NCBI RefSeq assembly: GCF_009914755.1
Contig: NC_060937.1
Strand: one strand, 5' to 3'
DNA length: 64,000 nt
Source: the human T2T-CHM13v2.0 reference genome, Homo sapiens
Positions 14,181 through 28,142 of the stretch are shown here, piece by piece (positions within the stretch are counted from its first letter, which is position 1; each line of letters begins with the position of its first letter). Made by a program: the position numbers and the translations under genes. The notes below the pieces were generated by a model, which saw only the letters and a program-made list of their open reading frames with translations, did not search any database and was not told where the DNA came from.

Positions 14181-16344
14181 GTATTTTCATTATTTAAAAA
14201 TTAGTGTGGGTTTATTGGTTAAAACCTAGACAATGGAAAACCTCATAAGAAAATATAATTTTTCCATAATTCTATCCCTGCAAAATAACCACTTTTCACA
14301 CGTCTTTCAATTATATGCCTTTATACTGCTTTTACCTTAGTACCTTGAAAAAAATACTAGAAGATCAAAGTTGAGAAATAATTGCTTTTTTAGTTTTTCT
14401 GCAGTTGACTTTTGTACTTTTATGTACAATGATATCCACTTTTAGCTTTTTGAGAAAAATTCACTGATTATTCTGATGTTGAAGATAAAGGAGCAATAAA
14501 CTTTTCCATGGGACTACGTGGTAAATGAATTTTATTTTCTTTCTGTAGGGAAATAGTTTTTATGATGGATTTCTATAAATATGTTTTAAATTCTTAAATA
14601 TATAAACACCGAAAAATGTAGTTTAAAATTATTCTAGTCCAAAATCCAAAGGAAACAATTTTTTAGCTTTTTTAACTCAGAAGGTTTATACCACTCTCAC
14701 CAGTATTTGAAGGACCCATTTCAGTACAATTGTTTTTTCCTGTGCTTTGTGCAAAGTACCTATTATTTGGGGTCTTTCAATGTTTTGAATATTTTGTTTT
14801 CACATTTTCTCCATTCTAGTGACTTATCTCTAGGCTTCTGATTAAAGACAATTTTAGGTAATATGTCAGGCATAAAACCAAGTACTGGCCCATATGTCCA
14901 GAGTCTACAAAAATAGACTAAAATAGGTGTGCTGTGCATGGCCATCTGCAGCTCGGGCAACCTTTGGTGTGTTTGGCTGCGTGCGAGCAAACCTTTGACT
15001 TTTCCTTGGCCGGGCTCTATAAGGACAGGGGAGCAGGACCAGGACCAAAGATAAAGGTAGGCCCAACTTGACTTTCCAACTCCTGCCAGCTCCTCCGTGT
15101 TTAGTGCCGCGTTGCCTCCATGTGTCTGAAGACGAGTTCATCTGCAGACTCCAAGACTGTCGAGAGGGTGGAGATCACCTGCCCACAGAACATGACTCTG
15201 TCTTGTTTCCGTAGACTGAAGAACTGGGCAGCAGAATGGCATAATGCCCACCTCTACTGCTGCTCACACCTTCTTCGCCAGCGGTATAACTTTTAAGTAC
15301 GGACAAGTTCTGAAAAATTTCCTATGCGGTATCTTTCAGAAAACTCCCGTACCCGTTAAGTTTTTTAATTGCACCTTGAAATGACCGTGGCAGAAATAGC
15401 CACATTCTCATATTTTAAAATGCTGCAATGTTTTGAGTGAAGCAGTGAACATCTTCAAGATTCTGGCTAAATTCCATAGCCGTATCTCAGACAGTGTTTC
15501 TCAAATCTGTGTCATCTCTAGACAAAGGCAATTAATTGCACTAGTCTGTAAGCAGAGGAAACAATTTTCATTCTTTAATAGGCACCAACTGGAATGAACC
15601 CTGAGATACATGAAGCCTTTTTTTTCTCCATGTGCAAATCAGCACATGGTACAAGTTGTTCTTAGCCAGGTACATTTTGCTATGTCACTTGGTGCAGAAT
15701 AAATCATACCAGAAAAGGCACAATATTACCTTCCCTGCAGTCTTCAACAAGGGATGTATCCAGGAGCAAATTAGGATTCTTGCACCCAAAATTAACACAG
15801 GCTGTAGTTTTGCAACCAATAACAACCAACAGCTATTTAGAACAACAAATGTGTTCTCCTGTCAGACAAGGTAGAAGGAGAGCCAGGCACCCTGAGCAGG
15901 GAAGCCACATCACCATCTTTTGTAGCTGTGAACTCAGGTTGAAAAATGAAGAGAAATGTTTTAAAAGTGTCAAATTTACCAAGTCAAGTTTTAAAAACCT
16001 GCACCCTCCTGATAACATTTTATATGCTTTCTTTGGAACACAAAATCCATGGAAACTTAGGTGTGGCCTACATAATTGTTTAAATTCTGAGTTTTTGCAT
16101 TTTTGAATTCTGAGGTTGAAAACTGATTTTAAAATAAAATATCAAAACAGAATTTTGCCTTCCATGACAAGCAATGTCAGACTCAAAATAATTTACTATT
16201 TGCAGTTGTGTCATTAAAAAATCTAGGTGGCATGTTGTTGTATTGAACTTGCGTTTAAATTTGAGGTCAAGAACCTAAGCCTCATTCGTCTCATACAGAG
16301 AACTGCACACTTGTGTGCACACAAATACATGCATGCTCAAGGGT

Positions 16345-16375
16345 GCACACGCACACACACATACACACACACACA
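16345..16375. repeat. Imperfect (CA)n microsatellite
   Basis: CACACGCACACACACATACACACACACACA. Confidence 0.85.
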
Positions 16376-18185
16376 GCAGACACTACTGGCTCATCCGTCC
16401 TGTTAATTATCCCTGACCCTTGCAGTTTTTCCCTCTTCCCCTCCCTCACACTGGGGTGTCTTGGAGCCCTCAGCAGCGTGGTGTGCTACATGGACTGTCT
16501 GGCCTGTGGAGACCTTTCTGTCTGGGACAGTACCATTCTGTCTAGACAGGGAGGGACCATATGTTTTGGTTGTTATTATCAACACCAAAAGCACCTCTCT
16601 ACAACCCTTTGCTGAGACTCCTTTTAAAAAATTTTTAATTCCAGAAGCGCTTGTTGCAGAAACCCTGGAAGGTCAAACCCTGATTCAACAGCATTGCGTC
16701 TCTTCCTTGATTCTGCAGAACAGTCTGCCCTCCCCCGTGGCGAGTGGCTGCAGCCGCTGCAGTTATCTGTGCACGAGGGCCGTCTTGCTTGCAAACGATG
16801 AACACAATTCTGCCTGGTTGGGAAGGGGAGTGAGCCTGGCCACGCAGACAGGCAGAGCTGGGTTTAAAACGCTGCTGGTTTAGAGGAGCTCAGCAGTTCA
16901 CAGCTCCCAATTAGGCTGGCTGTAAATGCACAGGCTTTAACCTCCAAAGGCAAAAGCTTAGATGTGCAGGGCGATTCCAAGAAATATTAAACATCAAATA
17001 GAAATATCATAATCCACACAAAGCTTATTACTATGCAGGTGTTAGCCCAGTAGTTCAAAGGTACTCCTTATATTTAATGAAGGGAATTAGTTCAATAAAA
17101 GTTTATATGCTGCATGTTTTCCATATTGTACATGCATTCTTTACATTATGTGTTATTCTACTTGCCATAATGAAATCTTCAAAGAACTAAAATGCCCCGT
17201 GGCTAACAGATTTTACAGATCAGACACCATGGGACAAATAACTTTTGCACTTTTGATTGTACCTAGTGAAAGGGGTTTTATTTTGTTTTTCATTGTACTC
17301 AGACAAAAATCCAGAACTCCATTTCTGAGACATTTTAAAGGACCTATCAGTAAAAGGAAGAAGTAGCCTGTTCACTTTGAACTTGTCCTAAGTTTCTTTG
17401 TCATAGAACTACTATTCCCCAAAAGGTATGCTTTGAAGAGATATTTTGCGTTTGTTTGTAAACGAGTCTTACTATAGCTCGTACTGAACTAAAACCCCGA
17501 CGCATAGAACTCATTTCTTTTCTCAAAAAATACATCTTAAAGAATCGTCTTATATTTAAGAAAAAGAAGGCAACAATATCGTTTTATGTCAGGAAAATAG
17601 AAAAAGCTGGGTGCAGTCTGTTCTAGTGCATTGAATTTCTCTTCTACATTTGCAAAACTAATTTGGAAAATTCAGACTGATACTAACCCCGTTCGGGGTT
17701 CATGCGGATATGTTTTAATACCCCACGCGCTTCTCAGTAGTAGGAAGTCCTCCTGCTGCTGATCCTGCCAGTTTTCTCATCTCAGCTTGTCCCCTGCACA
17801 TACATTGAGTCACCAGAGGTTTGATAAAATATTCTAGGTTTATTAAATATTTGATCCTTACAGACATTAAAGTGAAGTCATCTGATTTTTTGGCTTCTGT
17901 CTGACTGATTAAAATACTCCTCCTCCTCCCACTCCTCCTACTAATAATATTACTACGGAGAAGATATGGCTAGTACTCAAGATCATGTAGCATGTTAGGA
18001 ATAAAAAGGAAAAAATTTTGCTTTGTTCATACCCTAAACTTATTAAGCATCTTTGTTTCTAACAAATCGGAAAAATAGGCATATTAAGTACTATAATTAT
18101 TTTGCACTTTGATGTCATTAAATTGTAATAATAAATAAAAAATAAAGCAAGAGGAAGAGAAAAAAAGACAAAAAGAATGAGAACA

Positions 18186-18731
18186 AACTCTTCAGTTTAA
18201 TTAGATCCCATTTGTCAATTTTTGCTTTTGTTGCAATTGCTCTTGGCATCTTTGTGATGAAATATTTGCCTGTGTCTATGTCCTGAATGGTATTGCCCTA
18301 GGTTGTCTTCCAGGGTTTTTATAGTTTTGGGTTTTACATTTCAGCCTTTAATCCATCTTGAGTTAATTTTGTATATAGTGTAAGGAAGGGTTCCAGTTTC
18401 AGCCTTCTGCATGTGGCTAGCCAGTTCTCCCAGCACCATTTATTAAATAGGGAATCCTTTCCCCATTGCTTGTTTTTGTCAGGTTTATTGAAGATCAGAT
18501 GGTTGTAGGTGTGCAGTCTTATTTCTGGGTTGTCTATTCTGTTCCATTGGTCTATGTGTCTGCTGGGGTGGGAGGAGGGAGAGAATCAGGAAAAATAACT
18601 AATGGGTACTGGGCTTAATAGCTGGGTGATGCAATAATCTGTACAACAAACCCCCATGACACGAGTTTTTCTGTGTAACAAACCTGTACTTGTATCCCTG
18701 AACTTAAAATAAAAGTTAAAAAAAAAAAAAA
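18186..18731 (+). mobile_element. 5'-inverted older L1PA: antisense ORF2 piece ~18186-18563, sense 3' end ~18564-18731
   Basis: AGTTTAATTAGATCCCATTTGTC...GTTCCATTGGTCTATGTGTCTG joined directly to GGGGTGGGAGGAGGGAGAG...AACTTAAAATAAAAGTT and poly-A. Confidence 0.85.
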
Positions 18732-20670
18732 GTAGGATGCTGGGGGAAAAATGAGAAAAAGAAAGAATATTTAACAACAACTGCAGCCCAGGCCACTCAG
18801 TTCTCCCAAATGCTGAGCTTCTGGGTCTCTGCGCTAATTCCCGTCAAATAACATGAAAGCTGGAGGATCCAGAGCCGTTCCTTGAAGAAACTGACTTTCA
18901 ATTTGGCACCTCTTATGCTGTCTTGAAGAAAATATCAATTTAACTGACAGTTTTTGAAGGAAAGTGGATATCATAATGTTTTAAAATTTCCAAATATTAG
19001 CTCATGCTCATGACTGTCTTAGAACATGTTGTACTCAACTTAATCTCACATCCCGAGAAACTGAGGCAAAAAGTGGGCTCTAGTTATTTGCATAAAGGCA
19101 TGGAAACTTAAAGAAAAAGTCATTTCAGAATCTCCGTGTTAAAGGGGACACTATCTCTTAATCATGCCTTATACACCATAATTTCCATAGTTTATCTTGA
19201 GATTTCTTTTCTTCCCCCTGTTTTAATAAAAAATTTCCCAGGAAATTGCCCAATAACTGCCACATAAGGGAGACAGATGTTCTAAGAAAAGAACAATTTT
19301 ATTTTATAAGGTATCTTTTAACATACGCATGTGAAGTCTCATAAATTGTCTAAGAGTAACAACATTCAATAAAAGGTAAGGCTATAACGGAATTTTAAAA
19401 ATGTGATTCTGCAAAAAGCTAATCTAATATAATTATGTGCGTCTGAAGATAAAAATGTATCAAGGAAAAAAACTCCGAGTATCTAGGGTAGTGATGGGTA
19501 ACGTGCCTCTTAGGCTTACCTCATTTTTCCCAAGTATAACTTCTCCAACTCTAGTTTTCTTTCACCCCATATGACTATAATAACTTCGGGAAAAGGGTAT
19601 TTTTTTTTTCCTTATTATAAAAGCAAATAATAACTATTGTGAACATTTTAGAAAGAAAAAAAAATATGAAAGACAAAACTAAGAACTCCCCACAACACCA
19701 TTACCTGGATGAAACTGATGTTAATTTGTCTTATTTATTTCTAGCTCCGTTTTTTCCTCTGCAAGGGAAATAGGAGAAATATATTGAAAAATACATGAAT
19801 ACAGATGTGTTGCGTTTCTTTCATTTTCATTTATGAGATGGCCTCCGTAGTCATCTCAAATACACAACTGTCTAGAGGAAATTAAGATTTTATCTCAGAG
19901 ATACCCAGAGAAATATTCCGCTTCTGACATTCAAAATGGGCATTTTTCCCCCAGAAGACACTGCTGCAAAAGACAAGGATTTGGTTTGTTTGGATCTCAG
20001 GCTCAGAAGTGTCAGTCATTCACACTTCTCGGTTCACGGAACATTTTCGTAATTGTTTTGAGCTGGGAAAGGGTTTTGTAAATTCCACCATCTCTTCCTT
20101 TCACAGGTCAAAATGTCCTTGTCCATTGAATCAGCCAATGAGGATCAGGAGACCGAGGGCGGAGCGAGGCTGGAGGAGGTGTTCCTGGCTCCTCGCCTGC
20201 CACTTAGAGTTGGCCTTTACTGCAGACCTGGGCTCCTCTCAGGCTCTAGAGAGTTGCCCTCCTCAGGTGCTGGAAGCCACCCCCTCCTCTTCACCCGCCC
20301 ATCCAGGGTCCACGGAGGCATTCTGCAATTGCTAGCCCCAGACCCACTTTCCACATTTCGGTAGTTTGTGAGTAAGCCGTTTGTTTTCTGGGGGCGATCT
20401 TGGCTGACACAGAGTGACATGCAAGTCCCAATTTCCCCTACAAAATGCAAACCCCTAAGACAGGGCAGTGGAATAGAAAAGTGAGGGGACACCAAAGGCA
20501 GAAAGAAGACACTAGTCCACCTTCCTGAGTGAACCTTTTGGGAGAAATCTGTGTGCAAAGTCAACTTGACCTAGTGAAGAAATCAAAGGACTGGACTCAG
20601 GCCACCAGGGAATCAACTTTCACTCTCAGCTCTCCTGGCTCCTCAACTCCCAGGGCAGTGTGGTGTGGCT

Positions 20671-20700
20671 CTGTCTGTCTGTCCGTCTCTCCATCTGTCA

Positions 20701-20734
<34 letters not shown>

Positions 20735-20997
20735 CATCTGTTAATTTGTTTATCTCTCCATTGACATCTATCCATCTGTCTTCTATCCCTCCATCTATTA
20801 GCTATCCATCTATCATCTATCCATCATCTGTCTATGTCTCATCTATCCATCTATCATCTGTTTATCTCTCCATCATGTCTCTTTTTATCACTCATCTAGC
20901 CATAATCTGTTCATCTTTCCAGCTATCATCTATCCATCTATCATGTCTATCTCTTTCTCTCCACCTATCATCTGTTCATCTGTCAATCGATCTCTCC

Positions 20998-21037
<40 letters not shown>

Positions 21038-21190
21038 ATTACCTATCCATCTCTTGTCTATCATATCTATTTTCTATCTACCTTTCTATTTATCATCTAC
21101 ATATCTATTATCTAGCTATCCTCTGTCTATCCTTCCATCATCTATCGATCCATCCTCTGTCTAATTATCTATACTTTATCTTTCTCTCCA
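20671..21190. repeat. Degenerate (TCTA/TCCA/TCTG)n array with pure (TCTA)n core near 21005-21037
   Basis: Seen directly; source of the spurious 191-aa ORF. Confidence 0.95.
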
Positions 21191-21974
21191 TCAACACAAA
21201 ATATTTAAGTATCGTGTATATTGTAACCATATTGCTATAAAACTTTGATTTCTATTTTTTCACCACAAGTTATGAAACTTTTTCTTGTATAATGGCTGTG
21301 AACTAGCTCAGTTTTAATTTGTTGAACAGCATAGTGATGACCAAGCTCACAGCCTTATTAGCATACACAATTACTTTGCTTAGAAGCGGGGGATAGAGAG
21401 CTCTAAAAACAAAAAACAATTCTTAGAAAATTCAGAGAAGCCCCCAATGTTCTGAAAGCTCCAAATAGATGCTATGAGGTTGGATCAACTGTCTTTTCTC
21501 TTTTCTAGGTGTGTGATACCTATTAAAGTTACAAGACTCATCAAACACATCAACTTAACAGTAACATACTTAATAACAACGTATATTTAAGCACTTTAAA
21601 CTTATTGTCCTTTTTGGGCTTTTGGTCTAGTTTGGGCTTGTCCTGTATATAAAGCCCAAGCTGGCTTTTCAATATCATATCATCAAATAATATATAATAA
21701 ATATACAATTTTTTTGTTGCTTGTACTGCAGGCTTTATATAAATATACTGCACTTATACGTAAATTAAAATGCTGTTCTGAAAATTTTTATAATATATAT
21801 TTTTGCATACAACTCTGATTATTTCTTTCATCATCCAGAAGTGTGACATAGAAAAAATGGTGAACACTGTTAAGTTTCTTGGGGGTATATCAATAAGCTG
21901 TCTCCAAAAGGAGCATATGATTGTAGAGTCCCACCACACTCACAATGCACACTTTTTTCCACTCTAAATTTTTG

Positions 21975-22480
21975 TGTTTAATTTTTAATTTTAAAGTAAT
22001 TACTGACTTTTAAAAAGTTGCAAAAATAGTACAAAGAATCTTCACCTTCACCTCAATTCTCCCAGTGATAACAACTTAAATAGCCACAGTAAAGATAGAA
22101 GCATTAGAAAAAAATAACATTGGTACAATACTGTTATCTAATCCACACACTTCATGTCAGTCTCACCAGTTGTTCCATTAATGTGCATTTTTTTGGTCCA
22201 GGATATAATGCAAAATCACATGTTGATTGCATGTAGTTTCCATTTCACAATAATCTTTAATCTGGGTATTTCCTCAGTCTGTCTTTCAAGACTTTATGCT
22301 TTTGAGGACTGCTGGCCAGTTATTTTATATAATGTTCCCTATTTCAGCTTGCCTCACATTTCCTCATGACTGAATTTCAGTATTATATTGGTGACAAAAG
22401 AGATGTATTCTTGACACATTGCACTGGTGATGTTAACTTTTTAGATCATTTGATTAATGTAGTTTTTGGCTTGTTTTTCT
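21975..22480 (-). mobile_element. Old L1M 3' end fragment
   Basis: AAAAGTTGCAAAAATAGTACAAAGAA...TGGCCAGTTATTTTATATAATGTTCC...CTGGTGATGTTAACTTT. Confidence 0.7.
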
Positions 22481-22499
22481 AATGGTCAGGAAATCTGCC

Positions 22500-22852
22500 T
22501 TTACAATGTAATTCTAATTAAAATGTGGAGAAGGAATGATAGAAATAGAAAATCATTTGGTAGACACCATAGGTGGTGGTGTCTGCAGGTCATCCCCATC
22601 AAGAGAGAAGTCTGAATCTTCAGTAGAATTCCAACTAATAAACATAGAAAGAATGATAAAAAATAGAAAATACAATTTGGCAAACTCCACAGTAATTATT
22701 GTTTCAAGCAAAAATCATCACTGGATGCTTAAAGTAGCACCCGAAATGTGAGAAACAAGGCATGTACAACCTCAAAGTATCTCTCTACATGATATGTATT
22801 AATTACAAAGGGGAAATAGTAACTTTACAGCAAAAAACTTAGCAAACACCAT
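22500..22852 (+). mobile_element. L1MC-type 3' UTR fragment
   Basis: CTCAAAGTATCTC...TAATTACAAAGGGGAAATAGTAACTTTACAG. Confidence 0.6.
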
Positions 22853-25284
22853 GATATATTTTATAAGCATCCTCAGTGGGGAGAAGCCATTAGCATGATA
22901 AAAAAGTTGTTTAATTTGAAAAGAGAGAAAGATATATTTACCATATATGCTAGTTACATGTTTTTTTCTTTTTTTAATAAATTGTCCCTTATCATTCTTT
23001 GCAAACATTTCTCTTAGGTCTTTCACGGTTTCACCAACTGACTTATACTCTGTTTTTATGCATGAAGTACATTCATCTATTTTTTGTCATGTTTGTTGCA
23101 GTTTTCCCTAGGTGGTTTTTTCCCTTTTAATATTCCTTATGCCGACTTAAGAAATAAAGAAGCTTTCTATGTAGTTGACTGCACTGATTGTTTCCATTAT
23201 TCTCTCTTCCATTATTTCTGTGACTATATAATTTTTCAACATTCTTGAGAAGAGAAAAATATTCCCTCTGAATTTTCCACCATATGTAATGTTCTTTTTT
23301 TTTTCTCAAAGGATAATACGTTGTTTCAGGAAAAAAAAATGTAACTCGTAATCCTTCTGTTTTCACAATTTTGTGACACTGCTCTTATCATTTATTGTTT
23401 CCAAAGTATGATAGTGTGTTTCTAATTCATTTATTTAATACATCGATCCATTCACCAGACCTGCCCATTGAAGTTTTATGTCTGGACATAAAGTTTTATG
23501 TCTGGACAAAAATGGCCCTTGTTTCTCTTCTTTCTCAAAATGTTGCCCTTTAATTTCATATGATTGATCTTCCTGGCAAACTTTGGTGGAATTCCTGTGC
23601 CAATAACCTCCACCTTCCAAATTTCCCGAGCATTTTGATTGAAATTGCACTAAGCCTACAGTATTGGCTAAGTTTGAAAGGAAATAAGATCCTTGTAATA
23701 ATCGATTTGCTGTATTTTCAGCTTTCCTTTATTTAAGTTTTCTTGATGTCCTTTTGGGAAAAACGGTAGTTTTGTGACACTAAAATTTTTGACAACTGGT
23801 ATGATAATAAACTATATTAATATATTTTCATACAAATTAATTAAATATATGCCTCGAAAGTAAAATATACCCTCCTTTATCCATTAACTGACTGAATTAA
23901 ACTATATATATATATTTAAGTGCTTACCATGTGATACATTTAGCACCATTTTCTCTAAAATCATCAATTCCAAATTATTTGTTTATAAATGAAAAACTGT
24001 TTTTGTCATTTGTTTGTCACTACTCTCACCAGCTAAATGCAGTGAGTGTAATGATTTGACTGAGGGAACTGCATCAAAGTCTTCCCAAGACGACTCATTG
24101 AATGGGTGGACATGAGATAACTTGTAGTTTAAGCAGAAAAGGTGTGTCATCGATGTCATCCATCATGCTGCTGATTGCTCTCTCACGTTCTTTTGCACAA
24201 AGATATTATACTCAAAATATTTGCTAGCCTCAGTATACAATCTGAGATTCATATATACTAAATATCTCTGTTATCAAAGTCACAAATGTTGCTTATTGGC
24301 ATGTTCGATTCCTCTGTTGACTTAGCTTTATTCATTAGGTCATTTTGAATCCAAGGAGATTTGCAAGAATGGGACCAACCTGAATCACAGAAAACAGGTC
24401 TCTATTGTTTTTTCTCAGAATGAGTTTCATTAAAGTAAAATTTCCAAAAGAATTATTTTCTCATGCCTGTTTCCCCACTGAATTACTATTGTACATTTTG
24501 ATATAATTTTTAAACTTTTCTTGCTGCCCTGGCACTCTTGTCCTATACTACTATGCCACTATCGACACTTCCATATTCCTCTGGTTTTTCTTATTTCAAC
24601 TCTATCACTTCAGACATATGGTTTAATTTTCTTTAGTATTTATTTGGCATGTAGTTAAAACATGAGATTTATCGAAACTAGTGGTAAAGTGATTTATTCA
24701 ATTTATATTGTTTATAGCACACCCATAGATGGGTATCATGACTTAGATGTTGCCACGTTTAAATATGTACAAATGTTTCTACATTTTGACTAAAACTTCA
24801 GACTTTCTCCATAGATATATCCTAATGTAATCTGTACAAAATCTAATCAGATTTTATTGTGAATCTCTTTAAAATATTTTTCTCTAAATATATTCACCTA
24901 CTATATAATCCCCCAAGTTTAAAATAGAATAAAAAATAAAATAAAATATTTTTCTCATGTACCAAAAATAAGGTCTAATGTTTTTTAGATGACATTCCTT
25001 TCAGCTCCCTGAGATCATCAAAATACATTACTAACTTCAGAAAAATGGCATTTTACCTTTTCAGTAAATTGTTAAAACAGCTTGATGTGAAATACTTATC
25101 AAAAATAGCAATTGAAATTTTAGTGCCCTGATTTTTAAGTTTTTTCAAAAAGTTACTATTTTATTTGGATAAAATTCTTGTGATAAATACTCAAAAATCT
25201 AATTTTCAAAATAATATCTATTCTGATGTTAATCTTTTTAAAGTTCTATTTAATATTTAGTGTCCAAAATGCTCAATATTTTCT

Positions 25285-25471
25285 TGTTTATTTATTTATT
25301 TGTATTGTAGATTCAGGGGTACCTTTGCATATTTGTTGCACAGGTATTTTGCATGATGGTAGGGACTGGTCTCCGGTGTACCCATCACTCAAATATTGAA
25401 CACTGTATCCAATATGAAATTTCCCAACCCTCAGCCCCCTGGCCCGCCTCATTGCTCCCACTGTCCGTTAT
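25285..25471 (-). mobile_element. Very short L1 3' end (L1PB/old L1PA type)
   Basis: (TTTA)n tail, GATTCAGGGGTAC...TGTACCCATCACTCAAATA; perfect 19-bp TSD AAAATGCTCAATATTTTCT at 25266-25284 and 25472-25490. Confidence 0.88.
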
Positions 25472-26243
25472 AAAATGCTCAATATTTTCTAAATGTTGAA
25501 TAGTGTTTACAATTATGGTGGCACATTCTAAGTATTTTCTTTTGCTTTATCAGCACCCTTTTTGGTTTTCAAGAGTTTTTGTTTTTCAAATGCTTTATAA
25601 GAACTAAATGATTCATAATGTTATCTTAATTTTCACCTTATTGATTATAGTAAGTTTTCTTTATTTGAACCATAAAAATAAATTGTATGTGACTGTTATG
25701 AAGAAATAAATAAAAATTTGGCATGTCCCACTTTTAATGATAAAAGTTGTGAACAACATTTGCATTCAATATTTATACCACATTATTTTGTTGTTGAAAA
25801 CAGTCATTGCTTTTCCTTAACAAATGCAAATTATTTATGTTGATTCTTGTGCCATCAAAAGACGTCCTGGGCTGTTCAGGTTTTTATACACTATCAGCAG
25901 ATGTTTGTGATAACATTTCATTATTAAATAAATGTCTTTTAAAATTTTTTTTGCAATCTAGAATATTTATGTTCATTATATTTAAAAGGAATGTTTACAA
26001 TTATTTAAATATTGTCACCAATTCTTCCTGGGTTTTTTAAGTGTTTTTATAGATGAAAACACCCCACCTGTGAGCCCTTCCTGCATTCTTGCTAGTTTTC
26101 AACCTTTTAATGAACTGTACATTTTAGTATCAGTGTCTCAATATCTTTAAAAGTCCTCTCTATGATCATGGTATATTCTTACATGTTTTAAGAAAATATT
26201 ATTTTCTGCAAAAAGGACTTGCACATTTAAGTTTTTTTCTTAA

Positions 26244-26648
26244 TGTATTCGTTTGCTAGAGCTGCCATAACAAAACCACATAGACCAGGAGGCCTCAACC
26301 ACAGACACTGATCATCTCACAGTGCTGGAGGCTGAAAGATCAAGGTGTCAGCAGAACTGGTTCCTTCTGAGGCTGAGGGAAGGATCTGTTTCGGGCCTCT
26401 CCCCTTGGCTTGCGGGTGACTCTGTTTTCTCTGTGTCTTCACGTCCTCTTCCCTCTGTCTGGGTGTGCTACAATTTCCTCTTCTTGTAAGGACACCAGTT
26501 GTATTGCATTAGGGGCCATGCTAATAACCTTCACTCTAACTGAATGACCTCTCTAAAGACCTTATCTCTAAATAAAGTCACATGCTGAGATACTGGATTT
26601 AGGTCTTCCATATGGGAATTTTTCTAGGGACACCATTCAGCCCATGAC
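26244..26648 (-). mobile_element. MLT1 (MaLR) solo LTR
   Basis: GCTGCCATAACAAA...TCTCACAGTGCTGGAGGCTG...AAGGACACCAGT...GGGACACCATTCAGCCCA. Confidence 0.85.
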
Positions 26649-26770
26649 TAAATAATTTATATTCTGGGTGTAATTTAAAACATCCTTTTAAATTTCATTT
26701 TGTAGAATTTTGGTGTTGCTGTATTTTGAAATTATACCTGGGAAACTTGTAGACTCTCTCATGAATCTGA

Positions 26771-27132
<362 letters not shown>

Positions 27133-27683
27133 AATGTTGCTCTTTTCTTTCCAATTTTATTTGACCTTAATTTCCTTTTTTCCTATGGTGCTAACCAGTA
27201 CGTTTTTCAGAAGTGGGGCTCATAGGTACCTTTGCTTCTTCTTCTCATTTGCCACCATCCTCAGCACTTTCCCATGATAATTTACATCTCAAAATGCACT
27301 AAACCATCATGATTGTAATTATATTTAGATGACTTGCTTTACAGGGAGCTTTTCACTAGCAAACGCAGGTGAAAGGTAGTTTCTGAGAGAAGGGTGAGCA
27401 GGAATCATTCGCCACTCCTCAGCTGAGTTCACTGCTCTACTCCAGTGACATCAGCCTTGGGTCATCAGATACATTCTGCATTTTCAGAAATATCACCACA
27501 TCACATATCCTTGTGAGTCTTTGTGCATGCATGTGTGTTTGTGTTGGATGCTTATTTGGATTTATTTCTGTTGAATAAATCTGACAAAATAGCATTAAAT
27601 AATTCATTAGTTATCCAACCATGGTAAAATCTCTAGTGAGAGCCTCAGAATTCTGAACTTGACCCTGTTCTGTCTGATATATA

Positions 27684-28055
27684 TTTTCTATAACAACTTT
27701 ATTGAGATATAATTCACATGCCACAAAATCCACTTTTTAAGTGCACAATTTGTGATTCCTAGTATATTCAGAGTCATGTAACCATCACAACTGTCTAATT
27801 TTCATCACCACATCAATAAAATCCGTACCCCTACCGGTCACTCTGCAAATCCCCTCTCCCTCATCCCTTGGCAACCAAGAATCTACTTTCTGCCTGTGGA
27901 TTTGCCTATTCTAGGCATTTCACATAAATGAGATCATACAATATGTGACCTTTTGTGACTGGCTTCTTTCGCTCAACATAATGTGTTCAAGGTTCACACA
28001 TGTTGTGGCATGTGTTCGTAATTCATTCCATTTTATTACCTAATATACTCCAGTG
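27684..28055 (-). mobile_element. L1MB-type 3' end fragment
   Basis: CTTTATTGAGATATAATTCACA...GGCAACC...AATCTACTTTCTG...TTCAAGGTTCA. Confidence 0.82.
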
Positions 28056-28142
28056 CTTTTATAAATTTTTCAGTGGGGAGGTGGTTGCAAAGGTTACAGC
28101 AGATCAGCTATTGCTGGCTAGCCTCCAAATTGGTCTCTAATT

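Noticed and set aside
20665-21240. 191-aa S/I/Y/L-rich ORF
   Set aside because: Translation of the (TCTA)n array.
22525-22690. Imperfect direct repeat GAATGATA...ATAGAAAAT...TTTGG
   Set aside because: Lies within an L1MC-type 3'UTR and is probably native to that element.
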